DNA from: Gammaproteobacteria bacterium
Lineage (GTDB): Bacteria > Pseudomonadota > Gammaproteobacteria > Acidiferrobacterales > UBA6901
Reading direction: 5' to 3'
Length of the DNA stretch: 64,000 bases
Assembly: GCA_028068195.1 (NCBI GenBank)
Contig: JAPTTX010000008.1
Coordinates: 80,047-144,046, forward strand
A program made the translations under genes and the position numbers. Each line of letters starts with the position of its first letter. Positions within the stretch are counted from its first letter, which is position 1. Positions 19,712 through 29,512 of this stretch are shown here, in pieces. The notes beneath the pieces are model-generated. The model made no database searches, was not told where the DNA came from, and worked only from the letters and a program-made list of their open reading frames with translations.

Positions 19712-19741
19712 TCAATGGGGCGGCACCCGGGCATTTTCAAG
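19712..19741 (-). promoter_or_regulatory. sigma-32 (heat-shock) type promoter upstream of clpB
   Basis: The minus strand reads CTTGAAA-N14-CCCCATTG (plus-strand tttcaag at 19735-19741, aatgggg at 19714-19720), versus consensus CTTGAAA-N13-15-CCCCATnT. It lies about 40 nt upstream of the clpB ATG (19674). Confidence 0.6.
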
Positions 19742-19843
19742 CAATCCCGGCTGATATCCGCACGGGCACTGCCGCGAACCGGCAGCGACCGGCTCCGGGA
19801 GCCGTGGCTGAGGCCCGTAGGCCGGGCCCGGGCGCGGCGGCGC

Positions 19844-20536
19844 TCATCGGCCCGTGATCAGTGATTGCAACCGCCGCAGGAAGCGGTCTGTATCGCCGTC
19901 CCGCAAGTGCAACGGCGGAAAATGCCGCAGACGCGCACGGCTGCGCAGAAACACCGCCGAAACCGTGCGGCCGGCACCGCGTATGCCTTCGATCCGCACC
20001 GGGATCACCGGCGCACCGCTGGCACGCGCCAGATACGCGATTCCGCGTTTCAAAGGTGCCGCCGGTTCGTGGTCGAGGTGTATCCGGCCCTGCGGAAACA
20101 GCGCGACGACTTCCCCGCGCTCAAGCGCACTGCGGGCTGCCGCCAGCGCCGCCCGCGGATTGCGGTCGCGCCTGACCGGAATGCAACCCATTGCCGCGAA
20201 CAGCCAGCGCAGACCGGGCCGCTCGTACTCCTCCCGCGCGATCAGGAACCGTAACGGTCTGCGGCTGGCCGCTACCATCAGCAGCGGATCGAGTCCGGAT
20301 ACATGATTGGCGACCACCAGCGCCGGCCCGGCCGGGGGGAGTTCGATCTCTGTGCCCTGCAGGCGGTGAAACCGGCGGCACCAGATGCGATTGAGTCCGT
20401 CCAGCCGGTTGAGCCATGCGCTTCCCCATTCGGCCCGCTGGGCCGAAACGAGTTGCCGCATGAAGCGGCGCCACCCCCAGGCCGCTGCCGCGAGACCAGC
20501 GCCCACGGCTGCCGCCGGCAGCAGGCTCAGTGCCAT
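19844..20536 (-). CDS. PlsC-family (lysophospholipid/1-acylglycerol-3-phosphate) acyltransferase
   Basis: HX4D motif in VVANHVSGLDP; second block LFPQGRI. Start moved to MALSLLP (ATG 20536), which gives an N-terminal hydrophobic anchor. Confidence 0.7.
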   Translation of the reverse strand: MALSLLPAAAVGAGLAAAAWGWRRFMRQLVSAQRAEWGSAWLNRLDGLNRIWCRRFHRLQGTEIELPPAGPALVVANHVSGLDPLLMVAASRRPLRFLIAREEYERPGLRWLFAAMGCIPVRRDRNPRAALAAARSALERGEVVALFPQGRIHLDHEPAAPLKRGIAYLARASGAPVIPVRIEGIRGAGRTVSAVFLRSRARLRHFPPLHLRDGDTDRFLRRLQSLITGR

Positions 20537-20655
20537 CGGGCCCGCACCGGACCGGCAGACCCGGCCCGCCTGCACGCTCGCTGCGCAGCGGCACATCCGC
20601 TACACTCGTGGCACCGGCGGGCGGTTCTCGCCCGTGACTGCGACGCGAGCACTCG

Positions 20656-21864
20656 ATGCAAGTTCAGGCCTTTTTTCTCGTTCTGATTGCCATACTGCTG
20701 GGCGCGCGCATCCTCGGTGAACTCGCGGCACGCCTCGGAGCGCCGGCGGTGATCGGCGAGCTGCTGGCCGGCGTTCTGCTCGGGCCGAGTCTGCTCGGAT
20801 GGGCGCGACCCACGGCCGATCTGCGACTGCTGTCCGATATCGGCATCGTCCTGCTGCTGTTCGAGACCGGACTCAGAACCGACGTCCCGCGGCTGGTCAA
20901 GACCGGCCTGAAGCCATTCATTGTCGCGACCGCCGGATTCGCAATGCCCCTCGCGTTCGGCTACGCACTCAGCCACTACCTGTTCGCTCAGGGCCGGATC
21001 ACCGCCCTGTTCATCGGCGGCACCCTCACGGCCACCAGCATCGGCATTACCGTGCGCATGCTCACCGACCTGCGGCGCAGCGCGACCGGCGAGGCCCAGA
21101 TCGTACTGGGAGCCGCGGTGATCGACGACGTCCTCGGTGTGGTACTGCTCGCCTTCCTGTACCAGACGACGCGCACCGGACACGTCGACCTGGCCGCCGC
21201 GGGCAAGGTGCTGCTGTTCGTCGTCCTGTTCCTGCTGCTCGCCCCGATCGCGGCGGGGGTGATCGCCGGAATCATAGAGCGCTTCAGCCGCGTTAGCCAG
21301 ATACCCGGGCTCATTCCGGCCACGGTCGTGTCCCTGGTCCTGTTTTTCGCGTGGCTCGCGCGCGAAGTGGGTGCACCGCAGCTTCTCGGCGGCTTTGCCG
21401 CCGGACTGGCATTGTCACGCCGGTTTCGCAGATCACCCCGGGCGGCCGCGGCTGCTGATAGCGGATTCTCCGCGGCCGTCGACCAGGCTATGCAGCCGAT
21501 CGTACATCTGTTCGCGCCGATTTTCTTCGTCATGGTGGGATTGTCCCTCAACCTGCGCGCGATTGACTGGTCATCGCCGTTCGTCTGGGCCCTGGCCCTG
21601 TCGCTGTTCGCGCTGGCGATAGCCGGCAAGGTCGCCGCGGGCTTCCTGATACCCGGCCCCGCGCTTTCGCGTCTCGCGGTCGGAATGGCGATGGTGCCGC
21701 GCGGCGAGGTGGGACTCATCTTCCTGGCGCTCGGCCGGTCCGCAGGGATACTCGACGGCACCATTTCCGCGGCGCTGGTCATGGTGATCGCACTGACCAC
21801 CCTGCTGCCCCCGTTCGCGCTGAAGTGGTTTTACGCGCGCTACGCGCCGCGCCTGCCCGCCTGA
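20656..21864 (+). CDS. cation:proton antiporter (CPA2/Kef-type Na+/H+ exchanger family)
   Basis: 402 aa, about 11-12 hydrophobic helices. N-terminus ..ILGELAARLGAPAVIGELLAGVLLGPSLLGW.. is typical of the Na_H_Exchanger family. No RCK domain. Confidence 0.8.
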   Translation: MQVQAFFLVLIAILLGARILGELAARLGAPAVIGELLAGVLLGPSLLGWARPTADLRLLSDIGIVLLLFETGLRTDVPRLVKTGLKPFIVATAGFAMPLAFGYALSHYLFAQGRITALFIGGTLTATSIGITVRMLTDLRRSATGEAQIVLGAAVIDDVLGVVLLAFLYQTTRTGHVDLAAAGKVLLFVVLFLLLAPIAAGVIAGIIERFSRVSQIPGLIPATVVSLVLFFAWLAREVGAPQLLGGFAAGLALSRRFRRSPRAAAAADSGFSAAVDQAMQPIVHLFAPIFFVMVGLSLNLRAIDWSSPFVWALALSLFALAIAGKVAAGFLIPGPALSRLAVGMAMVPRGEVGLIFLALGRSAGILDGTISAALVMVIALTTLLPPFALKWFYARYAPRLPA

Positions 21865-21915
21865 GCAGGCATATCGGGGCCCCGCGCCGCCGCTTTGTGG
21901 TTAAATACCCAGTCT

Positions 21916-22791
21916 ATGCTCGGGAAACCATCCGCACATCGACCGCTTCCGCCCCCTGCGCCGCCGGACGTGTCCGAGGACGCACGCCGCGCACTGCGCG
22001 AGGACATGGGCAGCGGCGACCTCACGGCGGCGCTGATCTCCCCAGAAGCGATCGCCACTGCCCATGTCATCAGCCGCGAGCGGGCCGTGCTGTGCGGATC
22101 GCCATGGTTCGAGGAGGTATTCCGCCAGCTCGATCCCCGGGTCGAGATTGCCTGGACCGCGTCCGACTGCGACGACATCGAAGCCAACCAGGTGCTGTGC
22201 CGGCTGCGAGGACATGCCCGGGCATTGCTCAGTGCCGAGCGGACGGCGCTCAATTTTCTGCAGTTGCTCTCCGGCACCGCCACCCTGGTGCGCCGCTATG
22301 TCGAGGCGGTTGGTGCGACCGGCGCACGCATTCTGGATACCCGCAAGACCATCCCCGGGCTGCGCAACGCCCAAAAATATGCTGTCCGCTGCGGCGGCGG
22401 CAGTAACCATCGCATGGGGCTGTACGACGCCGTCCTGATCAAGGAGAACCACATTCTTGCTGCGGGCTCGATCAGCGCCGCGATTCACAACGCACGCGCG
22501 CTCTGCCCGCCGGGGACGCCGGTGGAAGTCGAAGTCGAAACCCTGGAACAGCTGCGTGAGGCGCTGGCCGCCGGGGCGCAGCGGCTGCTCCTCGACAATT
22601 TCGATGTCGCTGGACTAAGGGCAGCAGTACGCGAAACCGCAGGCCGCGCACGGCTCGAGGCATCGGGCGGGGTCACGCTGCAGTCGGTGCGGGCCATTGC
22701 CGAAACCGGGGTGAACGACATTTCGGTCGGCATTCTCACCAAGAGTCCGCAATCGGTCGACCTGTCCATGCGGTTCGACGAACCGACCTGA
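21916..22791 (+). CDS. nadC: nicotinate-nucleotide diphosphorylase (carboxylating), NadC
   Basis: ALREDMGSGDLT N-terminal motif; ERTALNFLQ; LDTRKT.PG.R; KYAV..GGG..HR.GL.D..LIKENH. Start placed at ATG 21916. Confidence 0.9.
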   Translation: MLGKPSAHRPLPPPAPPDVSEDARRALREDMGSGDLTAALISPEAIATAHVISRERAVLCGSPWFEEVFRQLDPRVEIAWTASDCDDIEANQVLCRLRGHARALLSAERTALNFLQLLSGTATLVRRYVEAVGATGARILDTRKTIPGLRNAQKYAVRCGGGSNHRMGLYDAVLIKENHILAAGSISAAIHNARALCPPGTPVEVEVETLEQLREALAAGAQRLLLDNFDVAGLRAAVRETAGRARLEASGGVTLQSVRAIAETGVNDISVGILTKSPQSVDLSMRFDEPT

Positions 22792-22963
22792 GAAACGGCT
22801 GCTGCCCACGGCAGGGCGCACGTCCCCGCCGGGTGGAGCCACGCCGCCGGCTGGTCTAGAATTGGATACGTCCAGTGCCGACCGACGAGAACAGCCGACA
22901 GCGGCAAATGGGCTGCGCCCAAAGCGCATCCCTGCGATGACGTAGCATCGAACGGATCTGTCC

Positions 22964-24235
22964 ATGAACCGCAAGATCGACGTTCAGCAACTGCGCAAGG
23001 GCATGTATGTCTGCGAGCTGGATCGTCCCTGGGTAGAAACCTCCTTCCTGTTCCAGGGCTTCGAGATCCGTAGCGACGAGGAACTCGAACAGCTGCGCAG
23101 CGTGTGCCGTTATGTGTACATCGCGGACGATTCAGGCAGACCTCCCGCGCGGCCCCCTAAAGCCGCCGCCTCCGGTACACCGCGCACCGCGGTTCGCAAG
23201 CAGGAGACCGGCCAGGCCGCCATTCCTGTCACGGCATTCACGTCGCGCCGCGGCCCGCCCCGCTACCGGGACCAGGTCAGCCTGGAGCACGAAATCGGTG
23301 CGGCACAGGTGCTGGTGTCGACCACACGGGAGCTCGTTTTTTCGATCATGGACGATGTCCGCCTCGGACACAGCCTGGACGCCCCGCGGGCCAAACAGGC
23401 CGTGGGCGGAATGGTCGAAAGCGTGGTGCGCAATCCGGATGCGCTGGTGTGGCTGACTCAGCTCAAGAACAAGGATGAATACACCGCTCTGCACAGCCTG
23501 CGCGTCTGCATCCTGGCGCTGACCTTCGGCCGCCACCTGGATCTGTCGGAAGAGGAACTCCAGGTGCTCGGTACCGGCGCCTTGCTGCACGACATCGGCA
23601 AGCTCAGGGTGCCAAACGAAATCCTGAACAAACCGGCCCGGCTCACCGACCGCGAGTACGAGATCATGAAGAGCCATGTTCCGCTCGGGGTGAAGATACT
23701 CGACAGCACCCGCGGCATTGCGCCGGCAGCCATCGCGGTGGCAGCGGGCCATCACGAACGCTACAGCGGTTCGGGCTACGTCAACGGCATCACCGGCGAC
23801 CAGATCGGCCTGTTCGGCCTGATCGGAGCGGTCGTGGATTGCTACGACGCGATCACCAGCGACCGCGCCTACCACAGCGGGCTTTCCGCCTACGATGCAC
23901 TGAAGAAGCTCTACGAAGGACGCGGCCGGGATTTCCATCCTGGATTGGTGGAACAGTTCATCCAGTGCATGGGCATCTATCCCATCGGCAGCATCGTCGA
24001 GCTGAATAACGGCAGCGTAGGCGTTGTGATCACGGTGAACCGAGAACGCCGCCTGCGGCCGAAGGTGGCAGTGGTGCTCGACGAAAACAAGCACCCGCAT
24101 CCGGTCGTCCTGGTGCTCGATCTGTTTCATGCCCGGCCGGATCCGTCCGGCACGGCGCCGGAGATACGCCGTGTCCTGCCGGCCGGGGCCTACAACATCA
24201 ACGCCAACAACTATCTGCCGCCCATCAAGGTCTAG
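22964..24235 (+). CDS. HD-GYP-type c-di-GMP phosphodiesterase-like protein with DUF3391-like N-terminal domain
   Basis: N-terminus ..LRKGMYVCELDRPWVETSFLFQGF..; HD domain LLHDIGK; HHERYSGSGYVNG (GYP position reads GYV, Val codon 23780-23782); D.YDAITSDRAYH. Confidence 0.8.
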   Translation: MNRKIDVQQLRKGMYVCELDRPWVETSFLFQGFEIRSDEELEQLRSVCRYVYIADDSGRPPARPPKAAASGTPRTAVRKQETGQAAIPVTAFTSRRGPPRYRDQVSLEHEIGAAQVLVSTTRELVFSIMDDVRLGHSLDAPRAKQAVGGMVESVVRNPDALVWLTQLKNKDEYTALHSLRVCILALTFGRHLDLSEEELQVLGTGALLHDIGKLRVPNEILNKPARLTDREYEIMKSHVPLGVKILDSTRGIAPAAIAVAAGHHERYSGSGYVNGITGDQIGLFGLIGAVVDCYDAITSDRAYHSGLSAYDALKKLYEGRGRDFHPGLVEQFIQCMGIYPIGSIVELNNGSVGVVITVNRERRLRPKVAVVLDENKHPHPVVLVLDLFHARPDPSGTAPEIRRVLPAGAYNINANNYLPPIKV

Positions 24236-24300
24236 ACATCAGACATCCACCGCCGCACCCGCTACGGCAGGGTCGGCGCCGTGGCACTGCATCTGCGGCC

Positions 24301-25080
24301 TCAGCGCTCGAGCCAGATGAGCGATGCCATCCGGCCACATGCCCCGTCGCGACGATAGGAGTAAAATCTGGCCGGGTCGGTCACGGTGCATAGACCTCCG
24401 CCGTATACCTCCGCTACTCCGGCCCGCCGCAGGCGCAGGCGCGCCAGCCCGCAGAGATCGGCCAGCAGCCGGTCCTCACGGCCATCGGTGAACAGCGCGC
24501 GCGCGTCCGCATCATCGCCGGCCAGGGCTTCCCGCACCTCCGGCCCCACCTCGAAGGCGGTCGGCCCGATGGCAGGACCCAGCCAGGCCACGAGATCCTG
24601 CGGCGCCCGCGCCATCGCATCAATGCCGCGCTCGATGATGCCGGCCGCGAGTCCTCGCCAGCCGGCATGCAGCACCGCGACCCGGGTCCCCGCCGCGTCG
24701 CACAGGAAAACCGGCAGGCAGTCTGCGGTGAGGACTGCACAGACCAATCCGGGACGGTCCGCGTAGCTGCCATCGGCCGTGGCGTCCTTGTCCACCTGTG
24801 CCGCATGAACGACCTGCGTACCGTGGACCTGCTTGAGCCAGGCCGGCTCGGCCGGAAGCCGCAGCGCCGCGCGCAGCCGCTCGCGGTTGCGCGCCACCGC
24901 GTGAGGATCGTCCCCGACATGACCGGCAAGATTGAAGCTGTCGAAGGGATGCCGGCTAGACCCGCCGCCGCGCACCGTGGTGAATGCCCTCACCCAGGGC
25001 GCGACCGGCCACTCCGCCGATACACAGTCGTCGAGACTAGCCACGGCGGTGCCCGCGGGCGGAACCGTGGGCCCGCACAT
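24301..25080 (-). CDS. pgeF: peptidoglycan editing factor PgeF (YfiH, laccase-domain protein)
   Basis: QVHGT..V; TADCLPVFL; HAGWRG; CT...FYSYRRDG. Sits directly downstream of rluD as in E. coli. The ORF start overlaps the rluD 3' end by 44 nt, so the start is uncertain. Confidence 0.85.
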   Translation of the reverse strand: MCGPTVPPAGTAVASLDDCVSAEWPVAPWVRAFTTVRGGGSSRHPFDSFNLAGHVGDDPHAVARNRERLRAALRLPAEPAWLKQVHGTQVVHAAQVDKDATADGSYADRPGLVCAVLTADCLPVFLCDAAGTRVAVLHAGWRGLAAGIIERGIDAMARAPQDLVAWLGPAIGPTAFEVGPEVREALAGDDADARALFTDGREDRLLADLCGLARLRLRRAGVAEVYGGGLCTVTDPARFYSYRRDGACGRMASLIWLER

Positions 25081-26026
25081 CCGCCTCCAGCGCCTTTATA
25101 AGCGCCGCCATGTCCCCGGGCAGGGGACTCGACCAGCGCATGACTTCGCCACTCCCGGGGTGGACTGCCGCGAGCCCCGCCGCATGCAGCGCCTGGCGCC
25201 GGAATGCGCGCAGCATCGCCGCAAACTGCTCGCTGCTGAGCGGCGGGATGTGCAGCCGGCCGCCGTACACCGGATCCCCGAATACCGGGTACCGGTGGTG
25301 AGCCATGTGTACCCGGATCTGGTGCGTGCGGCCGGACTCGAGGCTGACCCGCAGCAGACTGTGGGCCCGGTAACGGGCCTCCACCCGGAAATGGCTGATG
25401 GCCTCCCGCCCCCCTTCGCTCACGGTCATGCGCGTGCGATGCACGCGGTGGCGCCCGATCGGCGCGTCGATTGTCCCCCCCGCCACCGCGATGCCGCACA
25501 CGACCGCCAGATATTCCCTTTTCAGGCTGCGCTGGCGGAGCTGCTCGGTCAGGTCACGGCGTGCGCGTTCGGTGCGCGCCACGACCAGCAACCCGGAGGT
25601 ATCCTTGTCGAGCCGGTGCACGATACCCGCACGCGGCAGGCGCTGCAGCCGCGAATCATAGTTGAGGAGCGCGTTGAGCAGGGTCCCGTCCCAGTTGCCG
25701 GCGGCCGGATGCACCACCAGCCCCGCCGGCTTGTCGATTACCAGCAGCTCGTCGTCCTCATAGATCACCTCGAGCGGAATCCCCTGCGCCTCCCAGCGTT
25801 CGCCTGCCGGCGGCTGCACGGTGATGCGGACCTGCTCTCCGCCCCGGACACGGTCGCGCGCACGGGCCGTCGCCGCGTCCACCTGCACCAGTCCGGAACG
25901 GATCCATTTCTGGATCTGGGAACGCGAAAAGTCCGGGAGAAGGCCGGCGAGCACCTGGTCCAGACGCCGCCCCGCGTGCTCGGCCGGCAGGCGCACCGAC
26001 AGCTCGGTCTGCCCCGGTGCAGCCAT
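25037..26026 (-). CDS. rluD: 23S rRNA pseudouridine(1911/1915/1917) synthase RluD
   Basis: S4-like N-terminus GRRLDQVLAGLLPDFSRSQIQKWI aligns with the E. coli RluD start; catalytic HRLDKDTSGLLVVA; HQIRVHM. Start moved to ATG 26026 from ORF start 26167. Confidence 0.9.
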   Translation of the reverse strand: MAAPGQTELSVRLPAEHAGRRLDQVLAGLLPDFSRSQIQKWIRSGLVQVDAATARARDRVRGGEQVRITVQPPAGERWEAQGIPLEVIYEDDELLVIDKPAGLVVHPAAGNWDGTLLNALLNYDSRLQRLPRAGIVHRLDKDTSGLLVVARTERARRDLTEQLRQRSLKREYLAVVCGIAVAGGTIDAPIGRHRVHRTRMTVSEGGREAISHFRVEARYRAHSLLRVSLESGRTHQIRVHMAHHRYPVFGDPVYGGRLHIPPLSSEQFAAMLRAFRRQALHAAGLAAVHPGSGEVMRWSSPLPGDMAALIKALEADVRAHGSARGHRRG

Positions 26027-26099
26027 CGATGCCGCTGTGGCTTCTCGTGCCGGGGGATTCGGAGTATTCTTCGCGTCACCCAAAGTCTGACCTGAAATC

Positions 26100-26882
26100 A
26101 TGCCGTCCATAAATCTGCGCCGCGTCGCGGCCCTTGTCGCCGTTGCAGCCCTTGCTGGCTGCTCCACCCTGAAGAGCCCTGCGCAAAGCGCCGGGTCAGC
26201 AGAGCATTTCTACAGGGCGGGATTGTCCGCCCTCAACCACGGAGACTACACGCGCGCGATCAAGAACTTCCAAACACTCAATGCGCGCTTTCCCTACGGA
26301 GCCTACGCGGAACAGGCGCAGATCGATATTGCCTACGCCTATTATAAGAATAATCACCCGAACGAGGCCATTGATGCCGCGGACCGGTTCATCCGCCTTC
26401 ATCCGACCTACCGGTATGTTGATTATGCCTATTACCTCAAGGGCCTGGCGAATTTCCGTTATCACCGCAGCACCCTCGCGAGCCTGTTCACCGGCCACAG
26501 CCGCACCCGGCGGGACACCAAACGGCTGTTGGATGCTTACGACGCCTTCCGCGCGGTCGTCACGCGCTTTCCCAACAGCCGCTACACGGCCGACAGTCGC
26601 AAGCGCATGGCCTATCTGCTCAATCTGATGGCCAGGAGTCAGGTCAACATTGCGCAGTTCTACTTCAAGCGCGGGGCCTACGTCGCGGCTGTGAACCGGA
26701 CAAAATACGTCATCGAGCGCTACCAGCGTACTCCGGCGGTCGAAGAGGCACTCGGCATCCAGGCGATGTCCTACAAGAAAATGGGGATGAAGCAGCTCGC
26801 AAACGACACCCTGCGGGTACTGGAACTCAACTTCCCGGGCAGCCGCTACATCCAACAGATCCGCACGCTTCCTGAGGGATGA
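26100..26882 (+). CDS. bamD: outer membrane protein assembly factor BamD
   Basis: Lipobox LAGCS; TPR-like helical repeats; ..FP.S.Y...A......AYY... pattern. Divergent from rluD as in enterobacteria. Confidence 0.85.
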   Translation: MPSINLRRVAALVAVAALAGCSTLKSPAQSAGSAEHFYRAGLSALNHGDYTRAIKNFQTLNARFPYGAYAEQAQIDIAYAYYKNNHPNEAIDAADRFIRLHPTYRYVDYAYYLKGLANFRYHRSTLASLFTGHSRTRRDTKRLLDAYDAFRAVVTRFPNSRYTADSRKRMAYLLNLMARSQVNIAQFYFKRGAYVAAVNRTKYVIERYQRTPAVEEALGIQAMSYKKMGMKQLANDTLRVLELNFPGSRYIQQIRTLPEG

Positions 26883-26909
26883 TGCATCCGGCCCCGGCGC
26901 CGGGCCCGG

Positions 26910-27263
<354 letters not shown>

Positions 27264-27334
27264 TTAGGCCAGCAGCCCAATTTTATCAACATATCCGCGC
27301 GCAGCGGGGTTTGCAAGTGGCACGCTCCCGCCGC

Positions 27335-28954
27335 CTATAGCTCGCGATAGCCTGAGGTAATGGGGTAGCGGCGATCACGGCCGAATGCACGGCGCGTAAT
27401 GCGCACCCCAGGCGCCGCCTGCCGCCGCTTATACTCGTTGCGGTCCACCATTGCGACCACGCGCCCCACCGTGGCGGCGTCAAATCCGGCGGCGGTGATG
27501 TCCTGAGGGGAACGGTCGTGCTCGATATACTGCTCCAGAATCGGGTCCAGCACGTCGTACGGCGGGAGGCTGTCCGAATCCTTCTGACCGGCGGCAAGCT
27601 CGGCGGAGGGCGGGCGTTCTATCATTCGCAGGGGGATGACGGGAGCAATGCGGTTGCGGTATCCAGCCAACCGGTAAACCAGCGTCTTGAACACATCCTT
27701 GATTGCGGCATAACCGCCGGCCATGTCACCGTAGAGCGTGGCATAGCCCACCGCCATTTCGCTCTTGTTTCCGGTGGTGAGCACCAGGCGCCCGGTCTTG
27801 TTGGAAACGGCCATCAGCAGGCTGCCGCGAATGCGCGCCTGGATGTTCTCCTCCGTGACATCCCGGCCCCGCCCGCGAAATTCCTCGCGCAGCGCCTCGT
27901 TGAACGCCTTGACCATCGGCTCGATGGGAATGATCGAGTGCCGCACTCCGAGCGTCTTGGCCATGGTCGCCGCGTCTTCCAGGCTCATCGTCGCGGTGAA
28001 TCGCGACGGCATCATGAGCGTTTCCACCTGCTCGGCACCCAGGGCGTCGACCGCAATGCACAGCGTGAGCGCCGAATCGATGCCTCCCGAGAGGCCGATG
28101 GCGACTCCCTTAAAGCGGTTCTTCGTCACGTAGTCGCGCACGCCGAGCACAAGCGCGCGATATACCTCCTCCTCGGGAGGCATGGGCGCCGGCAGTGGGA
28201 CGCCGACCGGCACAACATCGGTGCCGTGAACACGAAAATCGACGGCAAACAGGCCTTCCTGGAATGCCGCAAAGCGCTGGGTCACGACCCCATTCGCATC
28301 GACCACGAACGAGTCCCCGTCAAAAACGAGTTCGTCCTGTCCTCCAACGAGGTTCACGTAGACCGCCGGCATCCGGTTCTCACGGGCGCGCGCCGCCATG
28401 ATCTGTTCGCGCTCGCGCCCCTTTTCCATGTGATAGGGCGAGGCATTGACGGTCACCATGAGCCGCGCACCGGCCTGGGCGGTCAGCCGCACCGGTTGCG
28501 GCTGCCAGACGTCTTCGCAGATCGTCAGGCCCACGGGAACGCCCGCGATGTCGACGACACAGGGGGCGCTGCCGGCCTCGAAATAGCGCTTTTCGTCGAA
28601 CACGCTGTAGTTCGGCAGCAGGTGCTTGTGGTAGGTCGCTACCAGGACTCCGTCGCGAACGACTGAAACCGCATTGAAGACCCTACCGTCAATGCGCCTC
28701 GGATAGCCTACGATCAGGTCGATGCCGCGGACGTCACGGCACAGCCGGTCGAGCCCCGCCTGCACCTGATCGTAGAGGTGCCCGCGCAGCAGAAGGTCTT
28801 CCGGTGGATAGCTGGTGAGCGTGAGCTCGGGGAACACCACGGCATCCGCCTCGATGCGGCGCGCGCGGTCGACCGCCCGGAGCACGCGCTCGACGTTGCC
28901 GGGAACGTCCCCGACCAGGAGGTTGGTCTGGGCAACCGCCAGCCGCAGCGCCAT
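27335..28954 (-). CDS. nadE: glutamine-dependent NAD+ synthetase NadE
   Basis: N-terminal CN-hydrolase domain (..FPEL.LT.YPPEDL.., ICEDVW) plus C-terminal NAD-synthase domain (GLSGGIDSA). About 540 aa from MALRLAVAQ (ATG 28954; 28963 and 28978 are also possible). The ORF's further 132-aa extension is not protein-like. Confidence 0.9.
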   Translation of the reverse strand: MALRLAVAQTNLLVGDVPGNVERVLRAVDRARRIEADAVVFPELTLTSYPPEDLLLRGHLYDQVQAGLDRLCRDVRGIDLIVGYPRRIDGRVFNAVSVVRDGVLVATYHKHLLPNYSVFDEKRYFEAGSAPCVVDIAGVPVGLTICEDVWQPQPVRLTAQAGARLMVTVNASPYHMEKGREREQIMAARARENRMPAVYVNLVGGQDELVFDGDSFVVDANGVVTQRFAAFQEGLFAVDFRVHGTDVVPVGVPLPAPMPPEEEVYRALVLGVRDYVTKNRFKGVAIGLSGGIDSALTLCIAVDALGAEQVETLMMPSRFTATMSLEDAATMAKTLGVRHSIIPIEPMVKAFNEALREEFRGRGRDVTEENIQARIRGSLLMAVSNKTGRLVLTTGNKSEMAVGYATLYGDMAGGYAAIKDVFKTLVYRLAGYRNRIAPVIPLRMIERPPSAELAAGQKDSDSLPPYDVLDPILEQYIEHDRSPQDITAAGFDAATVGRVVAMVDRNEYKRRQAAPGVRITRRAFGRDRRYPITSGYREL

Positions 28955-29512
28955 CAGGCCCATCTCCGCCGCACGCATGGGGGCGCCCAGCAACCGCAGC
29001 GAGAGGGTGTCTGAGATGATATCGTCGTATCCATTTCCGCCGCCGGGCCTGCCGCGATCTGCACATCTGGGCGGTTGCAGGATCGCAACAGCCGCGGCTA
29101 TTGTGGGCCAATCCGCCCCATAAATGAACCTCCCGCCGCGGACCATAGCGGGGGCGGGCGGCCAGCGTACCCGGCATTGCCGGTGCAGTTCCGGCAACCG
29201 AGCAACGCCCGCGCACCGGTTGTCCGGGCGCGACTGCCCGCGCTCCCGCGACTGGCGCGGCAGGCATCTGGCCGGATTCTGCCGGACGCCGCGCATGCCG
29301 CCATCGCAACCATGTTGGCCCGGCGAGCACCGCTTCGCGCGCGCCCGCAAAACCCTGCTTCGAGAACCCTTTAGGGATCGCCCCGAACAGCCGCCACGCA
29401 GGAGGAGCCGCCTGCCTGAGCCGCATGTCCCGGCGGACGCCCCTGCAGAAGGAATCCGGGCCCCTGTTCAAACACCGTGACCCACGGGCGGTCACAGTAT
29501 TACACTGGATCC

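Noticed and set aside
26883-26909. GC palindrome (cccggcgccggg) between convergent bamD and glnB as a bidirectional terminator
   Set aside because: The stem is very short with almost no loop, and there is no flanking U/A tract, so it is not supportable as a terminator call.
28955-29350. 132-codon N-terminal extension of the nadE ORF
   Set aside because: NadE homology begins at MALRLAVAQTN. The extension (..RCSPGQHGCDGGMRGVRQNPARCLPRQSRERGQ..) is not protein-like. Similar over-extensions were trimmed for the 2-hydroxyacid dehydrogenase, arsM-like, kinase-like, rluD, clpA, icd, aat, bpt and Sel1 genes.
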